DNA of 54,250 bases from Proteobacteria bacterium UBA1148 (GTDB taxonomy: Bacteria; Pseudomonadota; Gammaproteobacteria; Steroidobacterales; Rariloculaceae), in NCBI GenBank assembly GCA_002311835.1, contig DBZY01000013.1, positions 6,664 through 60,913 on the forward strand, in the 5' to 3' direction. Within the stretch, counting starts at the first letter, position 1. Each line of letters opens with the position of its first letter. Below the pieces are notes generated by a model, which worked only from the letters and a program-made list of their open reading frames with translations, was not told the origin of the DNA and ran no database searches. A program made the translations under genes and the position numbers. Positions 1 through 8,440 of the stretch are shown piece after piece.

Positions 1-40
1 GCACTACCAACCCTAATTTGCGAAACCTCCCCTCCAGAGA

Positions 41-1975
41 GTGCTCAGAACTAAGCGATCAGGTAGCATGACGACAGTTTTTTGTGGAGAAAACCGCGCC
101 GTGAAACTCCCCGCTATCGGACTCTTAGCGATACTGTTCGGGCCCATATCCCTCCTTGCCCAGAATAGTCCTAATGATTCAGACTGGCCAACCTATAACA
201 GAGACCTCGCTGGAACACGTTTCTCCCCGCTGACGCAGATCAACACCACAAACGTCAGTAACTTACGAGAAGCGTGGTCTTATGAACTAGGACGCAACAC
301 CACAACGGGTGACCTCGGCGGTGGGTCTCAATTCACGCCTCTAGTAATTCATGGGGTAATGTATCTAGCAGGAGCCGACCACGTAGTAGCGCTGGACGCT
401 ACGACGGGCGCAGAGCAGTGGCGGTTCGCCTTAAACCAAGGAGCCCCCTCAAGGCGAGGCTTAGCTTATTGGCCAGGTGAAGGCGAGCATTCGCCCATGG
501 TTCTGATCACGATAGGTCAACTATTAGTTGCTCTTCTGCCGGAGGAACAGACGTCCACAACACGTATTATGCCGGTATTCTACCTCGGTGCCCCCGTGAT
601 CTACGAGAATCTACTTCTCATTGGCTCCAACACACCACCCGGGAGCGTCAGAGCTTTCGACCTTAGAGATGGCTCGGAAGCTTGGGTCTTTAATTCCACT
701 CCCGGTCCGGGCGAACTCGGTCACGAGACATGGGAAAACGACGCCTGGCAAAATCAACCCAATCTTTTCCACTGGGCATTCTCTCTTACGGTCGATGAGG
801 AGCGCGAGATTGTCTATGCCGCCTTTGAGAGCGCTGGTCCATCGGACTATTACGGTGGCGAACGCCCCGGAAATAATCTCTTCAGCGACTCTATCGTAGC
901 TTTGAATGTGCGTACTGGCGAGCGACTCTGGCACTATCAAACGATCCACCACGATATCTGGGACTTTGACCTGCCAGCGGCACCAGGATTGCTTGATGTC
1001 GAGATTGATGGTGAAAACGTTCCGATACTCGCTCTAGCCGGAAAAACTGGCTACATGTATATCCTAAATCGCGAAACAGGAGAGCCTGTATTCGGGATTG
1101 AAGAAAAACCGGTTCCTCAAAGTAATGTCCCGGGTGAACAAAGTTCACCCACGCAACCCATACCCATCAAGCCCCCACCGATCGCAAAAATCACTTTCAC
1201 CCCTGAGGACATCGTAACTGCCACAGATACTACGGAAGCACACGCTCAGTTCTGCCAAAGAATTTACGAAGAAAGCGGTGGCTTCTTCAACGATGGACCT
1301 TTTACTCCCTATATGTATAGAGAGTCAGGCAGCCTGGCACCTTCGACAATTATTTTTCCTGGCTCGATCGGCGGGGCAAACTGGGGTGGCACGGCGGCCG
1401 ACCCCACACTAGGCTATATCTTTGTGAACACTATGAACGAGGGCAGTTTTGGCTGGATTGAAGAACAAACTGGCTCCCCAGGGTCTTATGTACGCAACAG
1501 CGTGCACGGCCCGTTATCTCGATTCTGGTGGAACGAGACCTCAGCCAACTCTGGAGGTAGTGCGCTCAGTGGAGGGGAAGCCGCATGGCCCTGCACGAAA
1601 CCTCCCTGGGCCAACCTGATAGCAGTAAATGCAGCAACGGGGGACATCGCATGGCAGGTGCCTCTGGGTATTACGGAAGAGCTTCCCGCCGATCGGCAGA
1701 ACACTGGACGTTTAGGCATGGGAGGACCTATCGCCACAGCCGGGGGGTTAGTATTTATTGGCGCGACTAATGACCAACGCTTCCGGGCATTTGACTCCAA
1801 GACCGGGGAGGAACTCTGGGCCACTCGTCTTGATATGAGCGCCTTCGCAGTACCGATCACATATCAAGGACGTGATGGCAAGCAGTATGTGGCCATAGTG
1901 GCAGCAGCAGCCTCAGCATTAAATGATCCGAAACCTGACGCAGCCCAAAAACTGATCGTATTCGCCTTACCCTAA
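41..1975 (+). CDS. PQQ-dependent dehydrogenase (secreted quinoprotein, beta-propeller family)
   Basis: 644-aa ORF. It has a signal-peptide-like N-terminus (LPAIGLLAILFGPISLLAQN) followed by DWPTYNRDLAGTRFSPL, the hallmark N-terminal motif of PQQ alcohol/glucose dehydrogenases. Propeller-like repeats run throughout. ATG at 68 is an alternative start to the GTG at 41. Confidence 0.8.
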   Translation: MLRTKRSGSMTTVFCGENRAVKLPAIGLLAILFGPISLLAQNSPNDSDWPTYNRDLAGTRFSPLTQINTTNVSNLREAWSYELGRNTTTGDLGGGSQFTPLVIHGVMYLAGADHVVALDATTGAEQWRFALNQGAPSRRGLAYWPGEGEHSPMVLITIGQLLVALLPEEQTSTTRIMPVFYLGAPVIYENLLLIGSNTPPGSVRAFDLRDGSEAWVFNSTPGPGELGHETWENDAWQNQPNLFHWAFSLTVDEEREIVYAAFESAGPSDYYGGERPGNNLFSDSIVALNVRTGERLWHYQTIHHDIWDFDLPAAPGLLDVEIDGENVPILALAGKTGYMYILNRETGEPVFGIEEKPVPQSNVPGEQSSPTQPIPIKPPPIAKITFTPEDIVTATDTTEAHAQFCQRIYEESGGFFNDGPFTPYMYRESGSLAPSTIIFPGSIGGANWGGTAADPTLGYIFVNTMNEGSFGWIEEQTGSPGSYVRNSVHGPLSRFWWNETSANSGGSALSGGEAAWPCTKPPWANLIAVNAATGDIAWQVPLGITEELPADRQNTGRLGMGGPIATAGGLVFIGATNDQRFRAFDSKTGEELWATRLDMSAFAVPITYQGRDGKQYVAIVAAAASALNDPKPDAAQKLIVFALP

Positions 1976-2015
1976 CCCGTCTGCCTACGCCTAAAACTAC
2001 ATCATGCGCTATGTT

Positions 2016-2408
2016 CTAAAAAACAATCGCTCCGGGGCCAACCGCGACCACCATCAAGAGCCCTCCAATAACACCAAAGTGTGCCAGAAAAATTCTTTGA
2101 TCAGCCCTTCTCTCCTGACCTTCCAAATTCCAAAAATCATGCACTATCAGAGTGGCTACCACTGTGAATAATGCTAGTGCTATTGCACACTCCTCCACAT
2201 AAGTGCCCGAGAACATTCCAATCGACCCCACAAAGTGGAGAATAATCGTCAAAACAACAGAAGTGTGTGCAAACGGTACTCCCACCGCTCGGAAAGCTTT
2301 AACAGAAATTGGGAAATAAAGCGTTTTTTGTACCGCACTTACAAAATAAACCGAGGCCAAACACGCTCGAGCAACCAACAGCATCCAAGAAAGCCATGGT
2401 TCCTCCAT
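2016..2408 (-). CDS. DoxX family membrane protein
   Basis: 130-aa ORF with four hydrophobic segments. The N-terminal pattern LLVARACLASVYFVSAVQK resembles DoxX-family proteins. Confidence 0.6.
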   Translation of the reverse strand: MEEPWLSWMLLVARACLASVYFVSAVQKTLYFPISVKAFRAVGVPFAHTSVVLTIILHFVGSIGMFSGTYVEECAIALALFTVVATLIVHDFWNLEGQERRADQRIFLAHFGVIGGLLMVVAVGPGAIVF

Positions 2409-2453
2409 CAGCCGAGCTCGAAAACAGTGCAGAACAGCCAGTAAGACATAACG

Positions 2454-3452
2454 ATGACAATTAAAACACGAAAAATTGGATCCCTGGAAGTTTTTGCCAT
2501 AGGGGTAGGCTGCCGGGGGCTCTCAGGTCCCTACGGGTCACCGCCATCCGAAATGGAAACGACCAAACTTCTGAACCAGGCTTTGGATTTGGGCTATAAC
2601 CTATTCGATACCGCAGCTCTATATGGATTCGGAGACAACGAAAAACTTTTAGGGCGGATCTTGAAAAATCGTCGTCACGAATGTGTATTGGCAAGTAAAT
2701 GCGGTATTTTCAAAAATTCTAAAGGCCAACGAGAATTAGACGGCCGACCTGAGACACTGATTAAGACATGTAATGAAAGTCTACGTCGTCTCAAAACCGA
2801 TGTAATTGACCTTTACTATCTGCATAGGTGGGATCGGCGAGTTCCAATCGATGAAAGTATTGGCGCATTAAAGGAGCTTGTTGAGGCGGGCAAAATTAAG
2901 GAAATCGGCGTATCTGAAGTTTCCGCTAAACTCCTACGTGAAGCTCATCGAAAACACTCCATTAGCGCACTACAATCGGAATATTCACTTTGGACCAGAA
3001 ATGCGGAGATTAAGGTTCTTGATACATGTAAATCCATTGGTTCGGCATTCGTTGCCTTCAGCCCTTTAGGTCGTGGTTTCTTAACCGGTAGTGTGCGCGA
3101 CTCCTCAAAACTAGTGGCTAATGACCTGCGTCTCACCATGCCTCGTTTCCAAGGCAAGAACCTCACCGCTAATCTGCGTTTGCTGGATGGCTACACCAAT
3201 ATTGCGCGAGAAAATAACTGTTCGATGGCACAACTAAGTCTGGCATGGTTATTGGCCCAGAGTGACCACATTATTCCTATTCCAGGAGCGACGACTCTTC
3301 AACATCTGGAAGAAAACGTTGGCGCCATGAAGATAGAGTTATCAAATACTACCTTGGACCGACTCAATGCGCTCATCAACCAAAACACCGTATCTGGCCC
3401 GCGCTATGGCCCCAATGTTCAGCAGGAACTCGACACTGAAGAGTTCGCTTAA
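2454..3452 (+). CDS. aldo/keto reductase (cytoplasmic)
   Basis: 332-aa ORF. AKR signatures are present: GVGCRGLSG, FDTAALYG, DLYYLHRWD, IKEIGVSE and IPIPGATTLQHLEEN. It ends 12 nt before cofE. Confidence 0.85.
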   Translation: MTIKTRKIGSLEVFAIGVGCRGLSGPYGSPPSEMETTKLLNQALDLGYNLFDTAALYGFGDNEKLLGRILKNRRHECVLASKCGIFKNSKGQRELDGRPETLIKTCNESLRRLKTDVIDLYYLHRWDRRVPIDESIGALKELVEAGKIKEIGVSEVSAKLLREAHRKHSISALQSEYSLWTRNAEIKVLDTCKSIGSAFVAFSPLGRGFLTGSVRDSSKLVANDLRLTMPRFQGKNLTANLRLLDGYTNIARENNCSMAQLSLAWLLAQSDHIIPIPGATTLQHLEENVGAMKIELSNTTLDRLNALINQNTVSGPRYGPNVQQELDTEEFA

Positions 3453-3464
3453 GCGCTAGATCAC

Positions 3465-4235
3465 ATGGCAGACCAAATACTTAACTTATTGGCAATTCCA
3501 CAGATGCCTATGATCAGGCCAGGCGACGATCTCCCCGAAATTCTGATTGCCGCGCTGGATAAGGCTGACCTTAAACCCCAAGCGCAGGATATCTTGGTCC
3601 TTGCACAGAAAATCGTATCGAAGGCAGAGGGTCGATACGTCAACCTGGAAGATGTCATACCTTCTGAACGCGCGTTAAACCTGGCAAAAGCGGTAGAAAA
3701 AGATCCCCGTCTCGTGGAGGTCATCCTCTCCGAGTCAGAAGAAGTAGTCGGACACAAGCCGGGGGTCTTAGTAGTCGCGCATCGATTAGGCCTCATATTG
3801 GCAAATGCTGGTGTTGACCGTTCAAATCTAGACCCAGAGTTTGATGGAGAACATGCTTTGTTGCTTCCAGTAGCTCCCGATCACTCAGCACATTGCATAA
3901 AAGCTCGTCTAGACGAGCACTACGAAACCGAGGTTGGGGTAGTGATTAGCGACAGTGTGGGGCGTCCCTGGCGCAATGGAACCGTTGGCATTGCCTTAGG
4001 TACATCTGGTATACCCGCGCTTCGTGATTTTATCGGTCAAACTGATTTATCTGGCAGATCTCTGGAAGTGACCCAAACAGGGTTTGCAGACGAGTTAGCC
4101 TCTGCAACATCCCTTTTGATGGGTCAGGCCAATGAAGGTATACCAGCCGTGCTCGTTCGTGGACTTAAATGGGACGAACCGGATTTAAACGCAAAATCAC
4201 TGCAGCGGGCAAAAGAGGATGACCTCTTCCGGTGA
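3465..4235 (+). CDS. cofE: coenzyme F420-0:L-glutamate ligase, single-domain CofE type
   Basis: 256-aa ORF. The strings PGDDLPEIL..., ILVLAQKIVSKAEGR, ...HRLGLILANAGVDRSN... and VVISDSVGRPWRNGTVGIALG match the CofE / FbiB N-terminal domain pattern. There is no C-terminal nitroreductase-like domain. The stop overlaps the cofC start (GTGA). Confidence 0.85.
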   Translation: MADQILNLLAIPQMPMIRPGDDLPEILIAALDKADLKPQAQDILVLAQKIVSKAEGRYVNLEDVIPSERALNLAKAVEKDPRLVEVILSESEEVVGHKPGVLVVAHRLGLILANAGVDRSNLDPEFDGEHALLLPVAPDHSAHCIKARLDEHYETEVGVVISDSVGRPWRNGTVGIALGTSGIPALRDFIGQTDLSGRSLEVTQTGFADELASATSLLMGQANEGIPAVLVRGLKWDEPDLNAKSLQRAKEDDLFR

Positions 4236-4930
4236 CAAAAAAAACTGAGCATATAGAGACATGGGCCCTAGTACCCATGAAATCACTAACCGAGGCAAAA
4301 CATAGGCTGTCTGGTATGTTTAGCTTAAGTGAACGTCGCGACCTATCTCTCGCAATGCTCTCCGACGTGCTCACAACGTTAAAACAGATAAGTCACCTAG
4401 CTTCTACTGCTGTGATCACTCATGACCCCTTAGTCTTAGATTTGGCGCACTCATGGAACACGCGTGTACTAAAGGAATCCAAGACGGGTGTTAATGCTGC
4501 AGTAACAGAAGCCGCTAAAATCCTGAGCCTAGAATCCTGTACCACAATGTTGGTAGTGCCAGGAGACGTTCCCTTGGCTACGCCTGAAGAATTCTCTGCG
4601 CTGCTTGAGATGCAAAAACCTGGTGCTACGATCAGCATAGCTACCGATCATAGAGGCACTGGTACAAACGCTCTCGCCTGTTCGCCGCCCACGGTGATCG
4701 CGCCCTGTTTTGGTCAACGCAGTTTGGTTCGTCACCAGGAAGCTGCACGAAACGTGGGGACCGTTGCAACCGTACTCAAGCTGCCTGGCCTTGCTCTAGA
4801 TATTGATATTCCAGATGATATCGCGCGCCTATTAGAAAAGAAGCCGCAAGGCCATACCTACGCATTCTTGCGCAAAGTTGTCGGTGAGACGCTCTATCAA
4901 GTACCGGTCATTACCAACGAGCAAACATAG
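4232..4930 (+). CDS. cofC: phospho-donor guanylyltransferase for F420 biosynthesis (CofC/FbiD family)
   Basis: 232-aa ORF. The N-terminal WALVPMKSLTEAKHRLSG...RRDLSLAMLSDVL and the mid-protein VVPGDVPL are typical of CofC/FbiD. It is translationally coupled to cofE. Confidence 0.75.
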   Translation: MTKKTEHIETWALVPMKSLTEAKHRLSGMFSLSERRDLSLAMLSDVLTTLKQISHLASTAVITHDPLVLDLAHSWNTRVLKESKTGVNAAVTEAAKILSLESCTTMLVVPGDVPLATPEEFSALLEMQKPGATISIATDHRGTGTNALACSPPTVIAPCFGQRSLVRHQEAARNVGTVATVLKLPGLALDIDIPDDIARLLEKKPQGHTYAFLRKVVGETLYQVPVITNEQT

Positions 4931-5018
4931 ATTAACTATTACCGCTGCGAGAGAACCCCCATAATACAATTACCATGTGCATTTACATCACACTTAACTC
5001 AAGGCTAAGGAGCAATGG

Positions 5019-6521
5019 GTGAAAGTACTAGCCAAGTTGCAAAAGAATAGACCCCCCTTCCTCGTTAGTCAGTTGCTCAAACTATTATCTGGGCCCCTGT
5101 TTTTACTAATAATATATTCCATCGAAATGGAAGGCATGGTGCACGGATCCAAGATTGCGTTCGGGACTCTGGCATGGATGGTAACGTGGTGGATTCTGCG
5201 CCCAGCACCTTGGGGAATTACGGCTTTGCTTCCTCTCATCGTGTTTCCGTTGAGCGGAACACTTGGCATTGTAGATACTGCTGCTCTCTACGGACAAAGA
5301 GTTTTCTTCTGGTTGATGGGCCTCTCTCTACTCGCGTTCGCTCTTATTAAGCATGGCATTGCAAAACGATTTGCGCTTGCGTTCTTAACTATCCCGGGCA
5401 TCGGAGACAGCACAAGCCGATTACTCTTCTTCTTTATGCTTGCTACCGCCTGCGTTTCCATGTTTGTTTCAGACGGATCTGCTGTCGCAATAATGCTACC
5501 TATCGGGCTATCTATTCACGCCTATATCATGACTCTAAGCGGCCAGGATATTTCTGAGAACAACGGTCCTCGACTCCGAACATTCTTTGCGTTAGGTACG
5601 TTATACGCTGCAGTCTCGGGAGGTATTGCCACTCTAGTTGGGATGCCACATAGCGCGGTAGCTATGGATCAATTAGAAACGTTGACGGGCAGAGAAATTG
5701 GCTGGTTCACCTGGATGAGCCTTGGCGTACCCATCTTTGCTACGTTACTCGTATGCAACTACTTTCTACTTCGATTCTTTTTTAAACCCGAGGTGGAATC
5801 AATTCCTGGAGGCCGAGATTTTTTGTTTGAGGAAAGGAGAAAACTTGGGCGAATGTCATTAGGCGAGAAGAGCGTTCTCTCCATTTTTCTGACGATGGCT
5901 GCGCTCTTCGTGATTCCCTCACTCCTGCCAGGCATCCTTGGCGAAGAGAACGCCTTCTCGATTTGGGTAGATAACGCGATATCTATTTGGATGGTACCGC
6001 CTTTTGTCATGCTGTTGCTCTTCATAGCCCCAAGCAACCTTCAGAAGCACGAATTCGTACTGGACTGGAAAGAGGCCAACGAACATATTTCCTGGGGAGT
6101 CCTGCTTATGGTAACCAGTGCGATAGCCGTGGTGCAGGCGCTATCGAGCTTCGGTTTTACTGAAGTCCTCGCACAGTATATTAGGGACGCGAGTGTGCCT
6201 GCCTATGGCTTGCCTTACGTAACAGGTCTCGCCACTTCCATTTCAACGAATTTCATGTCCGGCGTAGCTGCCGCAGCCCTGATAACGGCCGTGATGGTGC
6301 CTGTTGCGGAGACGGTAAATTTCAGTACTGTCGCCATTACAATCATGGTCCCAGCAACTGCGATGGGAATAGTTTTTCCGTGGGCTGGACCTACTGTGGG
6401 TACAGCATTTGGGATTAGTAATATCGAGCTTAAGGACCTGATTAGGGTTGGCATTGTGGCAGAAATCATCATGATAATCGTCGCCGGCACTTACTGCTTA
6501 CTCATTGGACCTTTTCTATAA
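5019..6521 (+). CDS. SLC13/DASS-type (ion-transporter superfamily) anion permease
   Basis: 500-aa polytopic membrane ORF. Its two-repeat architecture and hairpin-like TSISTNFMSGVAAAALI segment resemble DASS/ArsB-NhaD permeases. It starts 88 nt downstream of cofC on the same strand. Confidence 0.6.
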   Translation: MKVLAKLQKNRPPFLVSQLLKLLSGPLFLLIIYSIEMEGMVHGSKIAFGTLAWMVTWWILRPAPWGITALLPLIVFPLSGTLGIVDTAALYGQRVFFWLMGLSLLAFALIKHGIAKRFALAFLTIPGIGDSTSRLLFFFMLATACVSMFVSDGSAVAIMLPIGLSIHAYIMTLSGQDISENNGPRLRTFFALGTLYAAVSGGIATLVGMPHSAVAMDQLETLTGREIGWFTWMSLGVPIFATLLVCNYFLLRFFFKPEVESIPGGRDFLFEERRKLGRMSLGEKSVLSIFLTMAALFVIPSLLPGILGEENAFSIWVDNAISIWMVPPFVMLLLFIAPSNLQKHEFVLDWKEANEHISWGVLLMVTSAIAVVQALSSFGFTEVLAQYIRDASVPAYGLPYVTGLATSISTNFMSGVAAAALITAVMVPVAETVNFSTVAITIMVPATAMGIVFPWAGPTVGTAFGISNIELKDLIRVGIVAEIIMIIVAGTYCLLIGPFL

Positions 6522-6536
6522 TAGATCGAATAACCA

Positions 6537-7283
6537 TTACATAGCCCGCCACCAGACGAGCCTTCCTAACAGCTCAATCATGAAAAATAGGATCAAGGAA
6601 AGTCCTGTCACTACTAATAACGCCGAAAACATCAGCGCGGTTTGAGCTGAACCGGTGGCCGTCTGGATGAGATTGCCCAATCCGTCGTTCGAACCAACAA
6701 ACTCACCAACCACTGCACCAATCACGGCCAGAGGCATAGCCACCTTACACCCATCAACAAAGTTTGGGAGTGCGCTTGGTGCGCGCAACTTCCAAAACGT
6801 ATTCCATCCGGAAGTTTTCAACGCTTGAAAGTGCTCCACTAAACGGTCGGGTGTTGCACTAAGCCCCCCAAGAGTTGAGATAACAATTGGGAAGAAGGCA
6901 AACAAGAAGGCCATTACAACTTTAGATGGCAGGCCATAACCAAACCAGACGACGATAATGGGTGCTAACGCAACCTTGGGGATGCTTTGCAGTCCAATGA
7001 TCAACGGGTAGATCGTACGCCTAGCGATTGGAACAAAGAAAATTGCAGCAGAAATCACCACTCCAAACACTGCCGCAAAAATAAACCCAAACAACACCTC
7101 TTCAAGCGTAACCATAGCCTGCTCTAAGAGCAGCTCACGAAACTCCCAAGTTTCACGAAAAATATCCGTCAGCGAAGGTAGTAAATACGCGCGAACATCA
7201 AAGAGCTCAACTGAAAACTCCCAAAGAAGACCCAACACCAGAAAAAACACAAACGGGTCGATGATGTTTCTGTTGATTTTCAT
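6537..7283 (-). CDS. ABC transporter permease (NitT/TauT family)
   Basis: 248-aa ORF with six TM segments. The loop LQSIPKVALAPIIVVWFGYG is typical of SsuC/TauC-type permeases. It starts 6 nt after the substrate-binding gene. Confidence 0.85.
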   Translation of the reverse strand: MKINRNIIDPFVFFLVLGLLWEFSVELFDVRAYLLPSLTDIFRETWEFRELLLEQAMVTLEEVLFGFIFAAVFGVVISAAIFFVPIARRTIYPLIIGLQSIPKVALAPIIVVWFGYGLPSKVVMAFLFAFFPIVISTLGGLSATPDRLVEHFQALKTSGWNTFWKLRAPSALPNFVDGCKVAMPLAVIGAVVGEFVGSNDGLGNLIQTATGSAQTALMFSALLVVTGLSLILFFMIELLGRLVWWRAM

Positions 7284-7289
7284 CCTCAG

Positions 7290-8315
7290 TCAGTCTTCCG
7301 ACGGCGCAGATGAGCTCGGCAAAAATTCCGTCGTATAGATTTCATCTACAGTCATCGTGTCTTCAACGTCATAGGCCGCCATGAGAAAATTCATAGTTCG
7401 GGCTACTTTCTCATCGTCTAGCCAACCAAGTCCGGCCGGGCCAGTCATTAAATCTATGATTTCGTGAACTTGCTGTAAGGTGATATCAAAATCCAGCACT
7501 GGATAGTGCTGTGTGACGATTTTGGTCGCCTCCTCCGGGTTCTCTCGAACCCAGTCATAACCTCTATAGGTCGCCTCAAGGAATTGCCGCGCCACATCCG
7601 GTTTTTCTTCAAGAAGCTGCTCGGAGGTTATAATTCCGTTACCATAAACATCGAAATTAAAATCTCCGTATTCCAACAAATCAATCGTGAGACCCGCCTC
7701 TACTGCCCGTCTCTGGAAAACAGCAACACTATTTCCAAGCCAACACTCACCTGCATCAATCGTCCCCTCAACCAGAGAACCTGCAATAATCGAAGGTGCT
7801 AATTGCAGCAACTCAACAGAGTCAGCTTCAATGTCATTACGCTCCAACCACAGTGGGACAATGACCTGGATGGGCGAATTTTGCCCACCGCCTACTGTCA
7901 GACCTACAAGATCCCCTGGCTCATCCAACTGGTGACGTTCCGTAACGTAGCACAGCCCAGCCGGCCAACGTTCGTTAATCCCACCAATCAAACGGGTGCT
8001 ACCACCATTGTTGCGGTTAAGAATTACCGCAAGCGCATCAACATAGCCGAAGTCAAACATTCGCTGATCAATCTCGTTTGCTGTTCGGATACCTCCAAAA
8101 CCACGTACAGCCTCAACATCGAGCCCTAGCTCTTCATAAAACCCCTGATCTATGGCGACAATTACCCCACTCATACTCCCTTGTGGGAGCCACGACATGT
8201 TGAAAGTGATTCGCTCACTGGGGGGCTCGGAGCACGCGGCAATCAATAAGCACCCGACAACAGCTCCAACAAATCCACACGTGCGTAATGGGCTTATTTT
8301 ATTAGCAAGTTGCAC
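7290..8315 (-). CDS. ABC transporter substrate-binding lipoprotein (NMT1/THI5-like, NitT/TauT family)
   Basis: 341-aa ORF with a lipobox (LLIAAC). Overall it resembles NMT1/THI5-like periplasmic binding proteins. GTG start is preceded by GGAGG. Confidence 0.75.
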   Translation of the reverse strand: MQLANKISPLRTCGFVGAVVGCLLIAACSEPPSERITFNMSWLPQGSMSGVIVAIDQGFYEELGLDVEAVRGFGGIRTANEIDQRMFDFGYVDALAVILNRNNGGSTRLIGGINERWPAGLCYVTERHQLDEPGDLVGLTVGGGQNSPIQVIVPLWLERNDIEADSVELLQLAPSIIAGSLVEGTIDAGECWLGNSVAVFQRRAVEAGLTIDLLEYGDFNFDVYGNGIITSEQLLEEKPDVARQFLEATYRGYDWVRENPEEATKIVTQHYPVLDFDITLQQVHEIIDLMTGPAGLGWLDDEKVARTMNFLMAAYDVEDTMTVDEIYTTEFLPSSSAPSED

Positions 8316-8440
8316 CTTTACACCTCCGGTTCAATCTCTCAAAGAACGTATATATTTCACTGTATAATTTTACTCAGGTCATTCCTGCTGACACATTTCT
8401 CGAATCTTCCAGCCCTATTCTGGCATAGACCGAGCATCGC

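Noticed and set aside
481-600. The PQQ dehydrogenase segment ...VLITIGQLLVALLPEEQTSTTRIMPVFYLG... looks shorter and more divergent than the propeller-blade region I remember in homologs. This raised the suspicion of compensating frameshifts.
   Set aside because: The other two frames contain stops or no better family-like sequence, and the ORF is continuous for 644 codons. This is most simply natural divergence. It needs an alignment to judge.
8316-8440. Possible TPP (THI-box) riboswitch upstream of the NMT1/THI5-like binding-protein gene. Fragments ACCTGAG and TGAGAGATTGAACC are visible on the minus strand.
   Set aside because: The fragments are in the wrong order, too close together, and overlap the RBS. 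The conserved CUGAGA...ACCUGAUCUGGAUAAUGCCAGCG architecture cannot be drawn. A covariance-model scan would settle it, but by eye the answer is no.
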